Positions 24,511 to 36,889 of a stretch of DNA of 64,000 nucleotides are shown here, piece by piece (within the stretch, counting starts at the first letter, position 1; each line of letters opens with the position of its first letter). Under the pieces are notes generated by a model. It saw nothing but the letters and a program-made list of their open reading frames with translations. It did no database searches and was not told where the DNA came from. The position numbers and the translations under genes are program-made. Origin of the DNA: Hydrolagus affinis (lineage: Eukaryota); NCBI GenBank assembly GCA_012026655.1, contig JAAILG010001132.1:1-64000 (forward strand), written 5' to 3'.

Positions 24511-26448
24511 TATGTTGTTATAACTTACCGTATTTACCGGCTGGGTTTGTGTAGCGCGGTAATATTGGCACCTCCATCACATCAATAAACTCTTACCTGG
24601 GGAACGCTCACTGTTTTGCTGACTTTGGAGCTATTTCTTGCAAAAAGGTGTGTCCTTTAGTTTACCCATTATCAGACATCTGCACAGATTACGATGTGAA
24701 TGATTGAAATGAGAGATAATGTTACAGTTACAGACCAAAACAAGTCTGTTTACTGTACTGATGGGGGCCGATAACCCAGACAGGTCTTCTGAAACATTGA
24801 ACAACCGTGCACAGTTTGGACTTAATACACAGCCTGAAGCGTTCAGCGCTTTTCAGTGTTGTTTTTTGAAATCAGGTATTTAATTCAGGAGAAATATTTG
24901 GTAATCCACAGTGTGCAGTTGGCATGTCACATCATTGTGGTTTTACAGTAAAGATTACGGAGATCTAATCTACAGTCGGTGGGATATAATCTGTCTGCTG
25001 ATGCTTCACTTCTCCTTTGAGGGTATTGTATTGATTTTCTAGGATATCAAAGTGTTTTTGAGAAGGTAAGAAAGCCTTACAGTGGCTGGATTTGGTGCTG
25101 GATTGGAGTGCGTGACACTTTTTGTCTTATCCCACTGCCTGTGTTCAGTAGTGCAGTGGAGCAGAAAGCGACTGGCTCTTAGCCACTGGGCAATAGCCAC
25201 AGAGAACATTTCTGTGATATTTTCAGATAACAGCCTTCTTGAACCCAAAGCTACGTTTACATGTATTTTCCCTGTTGCTAATTGATTGCTAACTGGCACG
25301 TAAGGATAATTGCCATAATATGATTTGTTTTTGACATCCTCAGTCTGGCGCAAACATCCGTCCAGTGCCCTCTTCATGCTCAGCTTCGGTCTGAGATACG
25401 CATGATGTAAGGGAAGACTTGATCGTGCAGTCGGCCACCGTGCCACTTCCATTGCCAAACGAACGTCTTGGGGCTGAACAGGAGTGTAAAGGAAGTAAAA
25501 TAATGACAAAATCACATGTTTGTAGAGCGCCTTTCACGTCGGGAGGACGTCCCAAGGCGCTGAACAGTCAGGGGTCAGGACCCGAGCATGGGGAATGTGG
25601 TTGGGGGGCTGGGTTGCAATGAGGGAGGGCAGAGAGGGTTACACAACAAACACTGGAAAGAAGGAGGGGCAAACACACACAGGGATTGAAAGAAAACAAC
25701 ATGTGCGTGTGCCAATGTGTGATGCCCACATGCTCCACGTTGGCAGATGCACAGCTGCTTATATCTATTTTTCACTCTTTAAAAACCACAAGAAGTGAAA
25801 CCATGTGTAAATGTAGATCCTGTTGGCACCTAGTCCTGACCGACCGACACAAAGCACGAGAGACACAGACACACATCGGTGACACGTTGTCTGCGCTGGT
25901 GGTGGTTCCACGTTTAGACTTTAAAACGGAAATAACTGTATCACAGAAGTACCGGGAAGGAAGGCTGGAAAGAGGATACACAGCCTCCGAGCACAGCCTC
26001 CGAGAATATATATATTTTTAAAAACTGGCACATTGTCGGCGGAGGGTTTAATGATATTTCACAAAGAAAAAGTACGGTATTTTGGTGCAAACCAGATGAG
26101 AAAACGGTGGAGGACTTGTGGAGAGGAGATAACCAGAGGGAGGGACGGTTAGCCAAGCAGCTTGATCAAAACCATCAACTCTCTATCTGTTTCGGAGAAT
26201 CCAAATACTCTACCAATGTGCCTTCCTTACAGTTATTTCCTGTCCATAAGCACACGCTGACTTCATTGCCTCATTCTGAAGGCTGTTTGATATACTCCCA
26301 ATGTAACAACTTCCACCTCTCTACTGTTAAACCTGGGCTAGCAGGACACTTAGAGTAACTTGCTGCACAAAACACGGGCGCTAGTCTCGTAGTCAGGCAC
26401 AAACGAGTACTGGGTTTGTGATGCCTGCGCTAATACATTGCTGTGAAA

Positions 26449-26751
26449 TAATCCTTACATTTGATATACTGTGCCTTTCGCATCTGGGGGTCATTTCAAA
26501 GTGCTTCGCAGGATATACCTTGTAAATTGGAGCGATTGTTCTTGCAAACAAATGCAGCAGACAGTTTTGCACACAGGGGTGCCCCACAAACAGTCGAGGA
26601 TTGAGATGACCGACTTATTATTGGTTTTTATGAGGGATTATTATCAGGTGTGTGGAGTAAGGAAACTTTCCCAGGGTTTCGCCCTGCCAGGATCAAACCC
26701 AGGGCTCCCTTTTTGACAAGGCAAGTGCTCCAACCACTGAGTTAAAGGACT
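26449..26751 (-). mobile_element. tRNA-derived SINE, diverged full-length copy
   Basis: Same head, body and tail as the other copies, with more substitutions. Confidence 0.8.
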
Positions 26752-27462
26752 ATCTACCACATCTTCAAGGCAATATTGATGCAAATGTTGCATTGCACAC
26801 TTCAGTGGAACAGAGTTTCTTGACCCAAAAGCTTTGAGTATCTGAGAGTTATTCAGTTATAATAATGGTAATATTCCTTGCATTTGATATAGCACCTTTC
26901 CAATTGTCAAGAGGTCTCAAAATGCTTCACAGAATAGACTGAATATTTTTTGACTGTATTTTGTGAGCGAATTTGTGAGGGAAAGTGCATATTCTGTGTG
27001 TCTCCATATCCGATACATGCATTTTCCAGCATTTTAATGGTGGAGTTAGCATTGATTTGGATCAACCTCGCTGCCCCTCTGATATTTATCTCTTAACTGG
27101 GATTGAAATGTTCCTCCCAGATTAAACAGAACTACATATGTACTGAACAGAGCAGGAGGAAGCAGTGTACACAAAGAGAACGCTGCAAACTAGAGCATTG
27201 GTTGAGGGAAGAGACTGTTGCTTAATTTAGTGCTCACTTCACCAAATCTGACTCTTACTCCGTTGAAATAAACAGCAAATTCATGTAGCTGTGGCTAGCA
27301 GCAGTTACATTAGAAGCCAGTGAATGGCCTAATACGTACTCGTTGGTCAACCCTGGTCTTTTTTAATGTTCCATCAGTTCCTCTCGATACCTGGACACAA
27401 TTCAGCTGCTTTGTTTTTTGATTAGTAATTTAATTTTCCTGTCAAACCTGAGACGCAGTATT

Positions 27463-27777
27463 AATAACAATAACCTTTGCATTTGATCTAGCGCTTTTCA
27501 TGTCTTCAAGACATCTCAAAGTGCTTCACAGAATATACTGTAAAGTGAATTGACTGTATATACGTGGGCGAAACGCAGCAGCCAATTGCGCACAGCAATG
27601 TCCTACAAACAGTCGTGGATTTAAAATGACCAATTTATTATTGGGTTTTTTTCTTGAGGGATTATTATCAAACGTGTGCAGCAAGGAAACTTGCCCAAGG
27701 TTTCACCCTACCTGCTATCAAACCCAGGTCTCTTGGTTGTAAGCTAGTGCTCTAACCACTGGACTACAGGACTCCAC
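27463..27777 (-). mobile_element. tRNA-derived SINE, full length
   Basis: Runs from gtggagtcctgtag... to ...atcaaatgcaaaggttattgttatt on the minus strand. Confidence 0.9.
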
Positions 27778-29108
27778 TAATATTGCTGAAAGGGCTGCGT
27801 CAACTAACCTGGATTAACGTGAGCACAGTTCCCTCGTGAGTTAACGAGTCAGAGACGTATCCCAAGAACACTGTAATTGCAGTCAATCACTGTTACCATA
27901 TTTTTCCACTTTAAATTTATATTTAACTGGTCTCTTTTGTGCCAGTAATGAAGCAAACTGCAGTTGCATGCAGTCCTACCTCTAATCAATTGTTTACACA
28001 TTGGCTACCAGACATTAGCCATTGTGCAGGTCTCTGTGTTGGTAACTTAACTTTTGGTTAAATTAATGACACTCTCAGTACATTTTTCTTCTTTTGAAAA
28101 AAAAGCATCAAGTATTTTAGACATTGTTTGAATAAGTTAGCAAAGACTTTAGACGTTGTTGGAATAAGTTAACAAAGACCGATTGAAGGAAGAGAATTGC
28201 CCTATCCTTTAGTTCCATGAACTTCAGGAATGCCTTCCAAACAGGAGGCAGGTCTCAACGAAGACTCCCAGAGCTGGACACAAGACGGAACGAACTTCAT
28301 CATCAAAATCATCAGATTTCCTGTTACACCCGTCACGCGTGCCTGTCTAATGATAAGGGTGTGTCCCATCTATTGAGTTATCACAGTTTACTTTAGTCAC
28401 TGAAATGGAAGTGAACGAGGACTAATTATGCAAACGGCTGAGAGATCCAAGTTCAGATATTGATCTGGTCCACTTTCAAACAAACTTTTTTTTATCAACG
28501 CTCGATGAGAAGGATATAATATCATATAATAACCCTTGCATTTGATATAGCACTTTTCACGTCTTCTAGATGTCTCAAAGCGCTTCACAGAACATACTGT
28601 AAAGTGAATTACTATATATTTGTGGGCAATGATCTCCAGTGTGTTTAGGAGCAGTATAACCACCAGTTTGGAGTGTGGAATAAACATTTCGATGTTACCA
28701 TGGCAGTAAGCCACAAATTTCTGTTTTTTTTCAGGATCTCACGATACACCAGTATTTTTGTGATATTTTACTTACCGGTAAGCAGAATTAAACTGAAATC
28801 ATTCCTTGGTTCTCTGTAGCTGAATGGAGTCATCAATCTCAGATAATCAAACATTCGTGTGGTGAATTTTCAGATGGTGGGAAAATTTTCTTTAAAAAAA
28901 ACTTTTTTGTAGTTCATATCTGGTCAGAGAGCAACTGAGATGGCCGTTCCTGGTGATCCTTGATGAACAAATGGAATGAATGTTGTGTTAAATATATCGG
29001 GATTTGACATTTTGTGATAAATACTGTATATCGGAATTGACATTTCGTCAAAAAGCTAGAAAATCGGGAGGTGGCATTTCATTTGTAGTGTCTGCCTCCA
29101 ACATCTCT

Positions 29109-29431
29109 GTGGAGCTCCTGTAACTCAGTGGTTAGAGCACTCGCCTTTACAGGCATGAGACCTGTGTTCGAATCTAGGCAGATCAAAGCGAAACCTTTGG
29201 CAAGTTTCCTTACACCACACGTCTAATAATAATCCCTCAAAAAAAACAATAAAAATTGGTCATTTCAATCCACGACTGTTTGTGGGACGCTGCTGTGCAC
29301 AATTAGCTGCTGCATTTCGCCCACAAATATACAGTCAATTCACTTTCCAGTATATTCTGTGAAGCGTTTTGAGATGTTGATAAGATGTGAAAAGTGCTAT
29401 ATCAAATGCAAGGATTATTATTATTATTACT
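29109..29431 (+). mobile_element. tRNA-derived SINE, full length (reference copy)
   Basis: gtggagctcctgtaactcagtggttagagcactcgcc (A box), gttcgaatct (B box), aaacctttggcaagtttcc, an A-rich spacer with AATAAA, ctgtttgtgggacgctgctgtgcacaattagctgc, and tail gtgaagcgttttgag...gctatatcaaatgcaagg(att)n. Confidence 0.92.
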
Positions 29432-30009
29432 ATTATCCCATCAACACTTCTGTGCCCCTTTCTGATATCTATATCTCTTCCCACCATTTACTGTTGTTAA
29501 TTTAAGCCCTGCTTCATGTCCCTATGACCTGTTCTAAAGTTGTTTCAGTCAGAGCACTCTGCTCGTCAGTGCTTGCAAGAGTCAATGTCAACTCAGCAAA
29601 GTCACACCAAGATGAAAAGTTTGTCATAACAGTTGGTGCCTCCTAGGTAACAGTTCTCCTTCTCTGGTCCTGGCCAGAGCATCACAGAAATGCTTTGTCT
29701 CATACAGTATTTGTTGATCTCGGATTTTCGAGCAGACACAGTCCTTATCCATTTGCTTCTTAAAGTTATTCATCAACGTAGCATCAGTTTTGCCTGTGTT
29801 GGGGAATCTGTATGTTGTGAAGGGGCAGTAACGGAGGAGGAGGAATTATCTTATCTCGAGAGCCACTTGAAGCTTTTTATTTTTAAGTCTCTGCCCTCCA
29901 GGTCCGCACTCAAGGTCTAGGTCAAATGCACTGCATGTGGCTACCTTATCCCAGCCTCAGCCTTTGAAAGGCCTGGACAATATAGGCAGCTCAAACCCAT
30001 ATTTTACCC

Positions 30010-30480
30010 AATAATATAATAATCCTTACATTTGATGCAGTGCCTGATCGAGACATTGAAATGTCTCAAAGCGCTTCACAGGATTTTTCTGCAACTGTGT
30101 ACGGTATTTGTAGGCAAACATGACAGCCAATCTTATAGAAGGGCAGAACAGTCTCGAGGGGCTGAATGCCCTACTCCTGGTTTCTACAAAGAGCCAAGAA
30201 GCGAGTGACCAATTTTTATCTGGATGTCTGTTGACCGGGGGAGGGAAACTATTAATAATCCGTGCATTTTAGTAAAGTCACTTTGTTTTGAAAAGTTACA
30301 GGATTTTTAACATCAGTCAGGCTGACGGGATCTCAGTTCAACTTCTCATCCAAAGGTCAGCGTGTCTGATAATGAAGTGCTCCCCCTAGCATTACACTGT
30401 AGTGTCAGTTCAAAGTCCCGACATTGGTCTTGAACTAACAACCTTCTGAAGTGAGAGTGCTACCAACTTAGCCAAGCTGT
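30010..30480 (-). mobile_element. Old Deu-domain tRNA-SINE (SacSINE1/AmnSINE1-like), interrupted by a CR1 tail at about 30135-30185
   Basis: The minus strand has cagcttggctaagttggtagcactctcacttcagaaggttgttagttcaagacc (tRNA head), gctgacactacagtgtaatgctagggggagcact-like and ttggatgagaagttgaactgagatcccgtc...gatgttaaaaatcc (Deu-like), with an L2-type tail at 30010-30080. Recognised from memory of the consensus. Confidence 0.6.
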
Positions 30481-30548
30481 CTGGGGTGACCATTGACAAG
30501 TCGCAGATGTTGCCCGTCTATATCCACACATTATATATATATACATAC

Positions 30549-30579
<31 letters not shown>

Positions 30580-31640
30580 TGCTTGATCCAGTTGATATGT
30601 AAGTCTGACTCATCTGAAAATATTTCACCTAATACCTCCTCTGCAGCAATCTCTTGTCAATTGAACAATTTCCATCAACATGGCAAATTCCCTTGAAAGA
30701 TAACTTGTGCTGAGACGCATTAAAATGTGTTGTGCAAGTTTGCGTGTGTGGGGGAGGAGAGCAGTGGGGCGAGCGGGGGTGGGAGGTGGGGAAGGATCCA
30801 AGCACATCCTTTACCTGCTCGCTCAAGTACCTGAGAGATAGCTGCTTGCTTTTGGCAGGGGACATTGCATTCCACAGTGGCCTATGTAACATAGAGGGAA
30901 TAAATAGTAAGTCTTCCCTGCTGACACTATTTGGTGTAAGAAATGATCTGTGTTAGTGACCACTATCACATGAAATCCTGACATAAATATCAGCAACACA
31001 ATTCTTCTTCTTGTTTTTGCTTTATCTAATAATCCTGATACAGTAATTAGATCCTACAAATCTTATACAGGAAAATCATACCAGGAATTATTTAATTGGG
31101 GGTTTGCTATGTTGATGAAGGCGTTCTCTAAATATTTTCAGATGACTAAGGCTTTTAGAATGGTGAGGTATCTCTGTTCGCTGAATTACCTGATATAAAA
31201 ATTGGTTCCCCTTTTGCATAGAGTTTAACAGCAGGCTATCCTGGCTGGTGTAAGGATTTGTGAATAGAGAGAGAGAGAGAGAATGAAACCACCTTTAATG
31301 ATGATCTTGCAGGTAAGCTCCAACCCATCTTAAGTAAGTGAGCAAATGTGTAGCAGCTGAGACCTCTGAAACATAATTACAAGGGGCTGGACATATTCTC
31401 GTCCTGGGCTGGTCCCAGATGGTTGAGAGACTGTGTTTGTCAGAGGGTAAGATCACATGAGGGTTCCAGCTTTCCATACATGGAGTGTTTGGGATCGCAT
31501 GCCAGGATATAGTGGGAACTGACAGATTGTGCTTTAAGAGGCAGTCGAGGCGGGCATGTAGACAGAAGAGCTGAGAAGCAAATCATGAAGCACACATCTG
31601 GCCTCTATGTGTGAAACACTCTGTATTGTATCGGTCCTGC

Positions 31641-31647
31641 TATAAAA
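31641..31647 (+). promoter_or_regulatory. Candidate TATA box of an internal BCAR3 promoter
   Basis: TATAAAA starting 64 nt upstream of the alternative ATG at 31705. Confidence 0.45.
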
Positions 31648-31704
31648 CCGAGAAAAGGCTTTTTTTTTCTCCCCTTTTTACTACGGAGCTGAGTGGGTTC
31701 AAAC

Positions 31705-31785
31705 ATGGCTGAGAGATGCAGTATTTTAAGAGCCCTTTCTGCAGCTTTGTGCTGTTTTTACAGAAGTTCCTTCATTGGAGTCAAG
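31705..31785 (+). CDS. BCAR3: BCAR3 alternative first coding exon (MAERCSILRALSAALCCFYRSSFIGVK)
   Basis: aacATGg Kozak and donor AAG|gtacgt; phase 0 joins the FSKDR exon at 37568. It closely resembles the recalled short human BCAR3 N-terminus (..ALSAALCCFY..SFIGVK) and the SH2D3C equivalent. Confidence 0.88.
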
Positions 31786-31825
31786 GTACGTTATCTGTTT
31801 GAGACGCAGCCTGTGACAGTAATGC

Positions 31826-31925
31826 NNNNNNNNNNNNNNNNNNNNNNNNNNNNNNNNNNNNNNNNNNNNNNNNNNNNNNNNNNNNNNNNNNNNNNNNNNN
31901 NNNNNNNNNNNNNNNNNNNNNNNNN
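31826..31925. other. Assembly gap (100 N, size probably unknown)
   Basis: Run of exactly 100 N. Confidence 1.
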
Positions 31926-33286
31926 GTTAACAGTACTATTACAGTACAGACATGTCTCTTTTTCCTTAATACACTTAGTCGGTAGTTAACATTCAACAAT
32001 ACTTTTTTGTGTGTGTGTGGTGGTGGGGGGGGGGGAGGGGTGGGGGGTGGGGGAGGGGGAATATTTTAAAGACAGAAACATTTTTAATATCAGGAATATT
32101 TCTTGACGGTTTGCTATCCAGCAACTTGGGATGTCCTCCCGACGTGAAAGTTCCGATACAAATATAATTTGTTGTTTGATTTTTTTCTCCCCCCCAATAA
32201 ATTCTCATCTTCTCAGCGTGTACTCACTCATAGAAAATCATTGTTTTTTTTTCATCCAAATGCTTCTTTACATGTTGGGATGCTTAAAGCATGATTAAAC
32301 ATTCGATTTAATTGGCACAAACACAGCGTTTGTTGCTCTACATGTCTGGTGTCAGAGAGGCTCGGAGTTTGCTTTGCTGTGTAATATTAGGCAATGTACG
32401 ATGCTTAGTTTGGCATGAATGTTTAATACTTAAAATAACTGAGTTGTTGTCATGAGAATTTTCCATTTACTTGGAGTTAGCTGTTCTCATTGGTTGGAGC
32501 AAAGAGTATTTAGTGTTGGGAGAGGTTCTGTCTGGGATTAGTAGAGTGTTAGCTTGGGAGTGACCCTTGGTGAGTTATGAAATATCAACAACAACATAAA
32601 TAAATAACAAAACACTGACAAATACTGGCAATTCACACCACGTTTTGATTAAGAGCTGCGCTCTGGATTGGTCGATATGTTTGATCCATGCACATTGCAC
32701 CAAACCGGTCTCACACTGGAAATAAAGTTCTGTGATTTATGTGGAAAGGAATGGCCTCGAGGCTTTGAGTTGGCAGCACTTTCAGTGTATGACTTGGGAA
32801 CTAAAAGTAAATGCTAGCACATTGCTGGGGCTTTTTAAAAGGGACGAGGCAAACTGGAGAGCAAGGGACCCTTTTAAAGGAAATCAATAGTTGAACAGCA
32901 TGACCTCACTCAGCGAGGCTCGGTGCAGTTGGCATTATGGTACAGCGGCAGAAGTGGACCACATTTAAGCTTCCTGCAATCAGTGCCATCATCCGGGAGT
33001 AAGATGATCGGCGACAGCCAGTAACATGTAAAACTGCTCCCAAGTTCGGTCTTCTGACCTTGCTGCCGCTGTGGTGAGCTCAGCTCGCTTCATCCCTGTT
33101 ATCTGGGCTTCAGATGTGAAAGCCAAGTGTGTGAGAGAGCTAAAAATATTTCCCAGTCCTCAATCCCAGATGGAGCGAATTTAAAGTTGGGAAGTATTTG
33201 GATGCCGCGTGGGAGACTATTGTGTTCCCATAAGGTTATCAGAAGCAACTCTCAGACATGCGGAGAAATGGCTTGTTGCGAATATA

Positions 33287-33618
33287 TAATAATCCTTGCA
33301 TTTTGATATAGCGCTTTCCACATCTTATCAACGTCCCAAAGCGCTTCACAGAATATACTGTAAAGTGAATTGACTGTATATTTGTGGGCGAATTGCGGCA
33401 GCCAATTGTGCACAGCAGTGTCCCACACACAGTCGTGGATTGAAATGACCAATTTTATTATTGTGTTTTTTTGGAGGGATTATTATTAGGCGTGTGGAGT
33501 AAGGAAACTTGCCCAAGGTTTCGCCCTGAGCTGCCTGGATTCGAACACAGGTCTCCCCAGCTTGGTTTCCCCAGCTTGCAAGACAAGTGCTCTAACCACT
33601 GAGCCACAGGAGCTCCAC
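33287..33618 (-). mobile_element. tRNA-derived SINE, full length, with a small internal duplication (ccccagcttg x2)
   Basis: Head gtggagctcctgtggctcagtggttagagc, B box gttcgaatcc and the shared tail. Confidence 0.9.
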
Positions 33619-35528
33619 GAATGACTCTACACACGCCGACCGGAGCTGGATGACATTATACAAGAGTAGAAGAGCAGCTAGAGGAAAATCTCTGTGAAGT
33701 TAAGCTTCGTGAGCCCAGGAAGGGCGAGACCCAGAGAAACCGTCAGTGGTCAGATATAATGACAGAGTCTCAGGGTGGAACTCCCTAGCGCAGACTTTAA
33801 GCTAATCTACTTTTCTGTCTTTTTTTTATATAAGGCCCTCGGTCTCCAGGCAAGAGAATTAATTGAGGCATGTTCATTTCTTTACAGTCCTGCCAATGTT
33901 CAAATAAAGGATTTGCCCGAGGATTAAGTTGGTCTGGTACGGTGAGGGGAGTGAAGGGTGAGAGGGGCACGATTTAGAAAGTTGAGCTGTGGTTCACTTT
34001 GAAGACTGAGGTTATGTTGATAATGTTAGTTGGGCATCAAAGCCACAATGTAAGCATTGAATTGAAGCAAACATATCTTCCATGCGATGGCGTAGAAACC
34101 AAAGCTGGCATGAGGGGGTTAGGGTCAGGATGGAGAGTACTTACTGAATGCCATAAACTTGCTGACAGGGACAAGGCAAACTAAAATGTAACCTTGGCGC
34201 AGTGTGTCAGGTTAACGTACGTGCAAATGCAATGTTCAAGGAATCTTACCTTCCTTGAACACACTGCCCAGTTCAAGGTAAGATTTTTAATGGAGGTTTG
34301 AACTGGAGCATATATATACATCACGTTGGAAACATTCAACTGCTGAAGCAAGAATGCCAGACACTCGGCTCTGCGCTGCTGACTTCTATTGTGTCTGACT
34401 TTCTAGTCTGGATAGAAGCTCCACCTGTATTTGGGTATAGAAAACAGCAATTACCTGCAGCTGAACTACTATTAAAAAGCCACGTGTGGTGAGCGCGCCA
34501 CCAGCCACATGTTATAATGATTGTACAAATAGTGGGGGTGGGTGGGGGGGGGGTCGTACTGTGCCTGTGTCTGCTCAGACCCACAGCAGGCCACCTATTT
34601 TTAAATTGACTTTGATTCCCTCCAACCCTCCCCCCACCCTCTGTCCTATATTTTGAAGTCAGTGGGGCTGCCTCGATATCTTTTGATGCTCTCTGTTAGA
34701 CCAGCTCACCAGGTGTGGTGAATTTTAGTTACAACACGGTCAAGTGTTACTGTTTGCAGATGTGTTTGCTCCACAGTAGTTTAGCTGGGCTCCATACTGC
34801 GTTTGAAGGGGTGTCAGACTGACTGTACATGCCTCGAATGCCATTTTATTGATGATTTTGCTTCATTGTTTTTTCCAATGACACCGCCCCCCCACCCCCC
34901 GTGCCAACCTCACCTAATATAGAAGTTTTTTATACTTGGGTTTTAGGGCTGGAAAATGCTAAAATAAAATAAAATAAATAAATGACAGGGAGAACACACA
35001 GCGACTTTAACCTTCGCGATCGTAGTCTCGGCAAATGTTTTTCGCGCCTGTCATAGTTTAAAATGAAGACACCACATAACCGGCGGTGTTTCCACTGAGT
35101 TATTGCTGCTTTGTGACCAGGTAGTCAAGCGCCTTTAACTGTATGTCATCAAGAGGGGCACAGCTTGGTATCTCTCGCCTTCTTTACTGTGAGTGTTGAC
35201 AGTAAAGCCACCACTTGTTAGCTGTATATCCCAAGAGCAACGGAAATCACACTGGCTTTTTTTTTCACAAAAGAAAACAAATGTGAATATCGGCTCACGC
35301 CGGTTTTCGGTCCTATTAGGTGGCACCTTACCCTTTTTGATTACTTTACTAAAATTTACTAAAATTGCTTTGAAATCCTCCTTTGACGTCTCAAAGCGCT
35401 TCACAGAATGTACGGTAAAGTGAATGGTAGTCGGTGTAGAAAATAAGGTTACAGCAAGCCCATCCCACCATATATCTGAGCAAAATCATTAAAATTTAAA
35501 AAAAGCTGACTTATTTTCCAAAGTAACA

Positions 35529-35620
35529 GTGTGTGGGTGGGGGTGTGTGTGTGTGTGTGTGGGTGGGTGTGTGTGTGTGGGTGGGTGTGTGGGTGGGGGT
35601 GTGCCTAGTGGGTTGGGTTC
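35529..35620. repeat. GT/GGGT-rich low-complexity tract
   Basis: Interspersed (GT)n and GGG runs. Confidence 0.9.
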
Positions 35621-35983
35621 AAGTCTGGCACTCCAGGACCTTGTTTCCAGACTTCCAAAGATTTTATCAGGAGCGACTGAAACAATTACTGGTGAACCAC
35701 TTAATGAGCTTTCTGCTTACAAAAAATTTGTATTCGCTCCTTTACACGGCCTCACGTGCGAGGAAATAACAAGCGTGTGGTTCATCTCCGTCCCGAGCTG
35801 CTCAGCTCAGTTTACCAAACGTAATAATTGTGTTGAAAAGCAATGAATGGCATTCCTTGATTCTACGTGTTGCTTCAAAATTCAAGGTTGCTGTAAGAAT
35901 TCAATGTGAACCCCGCGTTACAAAGGGAGAGAGCTAGACGAGAGTGTATTTTTTAAAAATTGCCACCAACCGCACCCAGAACA

Positions 35984-36285
35984 TGGAGCTCCTGTAGCTC
36001 AGTGGTTAGAGCACTTGCCTCACAAACGAGAGACTTGGGTTCATTGCCAGGCAGGGCAAAATCTTGGGCAAGTTTCCTTTACTCCACATGCCTGATAATA
36101 ATCCCTCAATACTGTAATAAAATTAGTCACTTCAATCCAGGACTGTCTGTGGGACACCGCAATTGGCTGCCGTGTTTCGCCCACAAATATACAGTCAATT
36201 CACATTACAGTATGTTCCGAGAAGTGCTTTGAGATGTCTGGAAGATGTGAAAAGCGCTATATCAAACGCAAGGATTATTACCATT
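35984..36285 (+). mobile_element. tRNA-derived SINE, full length
   Basis: tggagctcctgtagctcagtggttagagcac ... gctatatcaaacgcaaggattatta. Confidence 0.9.
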
Positions 36286-36590
36286 ATTTTTATTATAATG
36301 CCTGCTCTGTGTGTGTGTGTATGAGGCAGAGGGAGAGAGTGTGTGACCACTGGAGGGTGCTACTGTACAAGAACATTTATGACATTGACTTCACTGGTCC
36401 AATGACTCTGGAAACCTGTTCCACAAGATAGGAATTTGTATATTTTGCCCTGATTGCTTTTGAAATGAAATATGATCAGAAAGAAGGTGGGGCTATAGGC
36501 AGAGGATCAGCTTTTTGACTTCTCATTATGCTTAGAAGGGAAATATCAGATGCAAAGTGCGAGGACCAATGTCACCTTTGGTCAGTCATG

Positions 36591-36889
36591 ATAATAATAA
36601 TCCTTACATTTGATATAATGCTTTTCACGTCTTCTTGAAGCGCTTAACAGAATATTCTGTAAAGTGAATTGACTGTACATATGTGGGTGAAACACGGCAG
36701 GCAATTGCGCACAACAGTGTCCCACAAACAGTCATGGATTGAAAAGACCAATTTTTTTTTGAGGGATTATTATCAGGCGTGTGGAGTAAGGAAACCCGCC
36801 CAAGGTTTCACCCTGGAATTGAACCCAGGTCTCCAGCATGCAAGGTGAGTGCTCTAAAGTGCTCTAACCACTGAGCTACAGGACTCCAC
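36591..36889 (-). mobile_element. tRNA-derived SINE, full length, inverted relative to 35984-36285
   Basis: Same family on the opposite strand, with a duplicated agtgctctaa in the head. Confidence 0.9.

Noticed and set aside
25039-25515. 158-aa minus-strand ORF, among the longest non-exonic ORFs
   Set aside because: It begins in an L2 tail, has no domain motifs and is antisense within an intron.
28735-28777. Possible 43-nt exon (ttttttttcag ... CCG|gtaagc)
   Set aside because: It would shift the frame, has no recognisable peptide similarity, and has no support beyond splice-like motifs.
29109-29190. tRNA gene (A and B boxes, cloverleaf-like head)
   Set aside because: It continues directly into the SINE body and tail found in many copies, so it is a SINE head and not a tRNA gene. 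The same applies to the other copies.
31693-31999. ORFs spanning the N run
   Set aside because: Artefacts of the assembly gap. Only 31705-31785 is supported as an exon.
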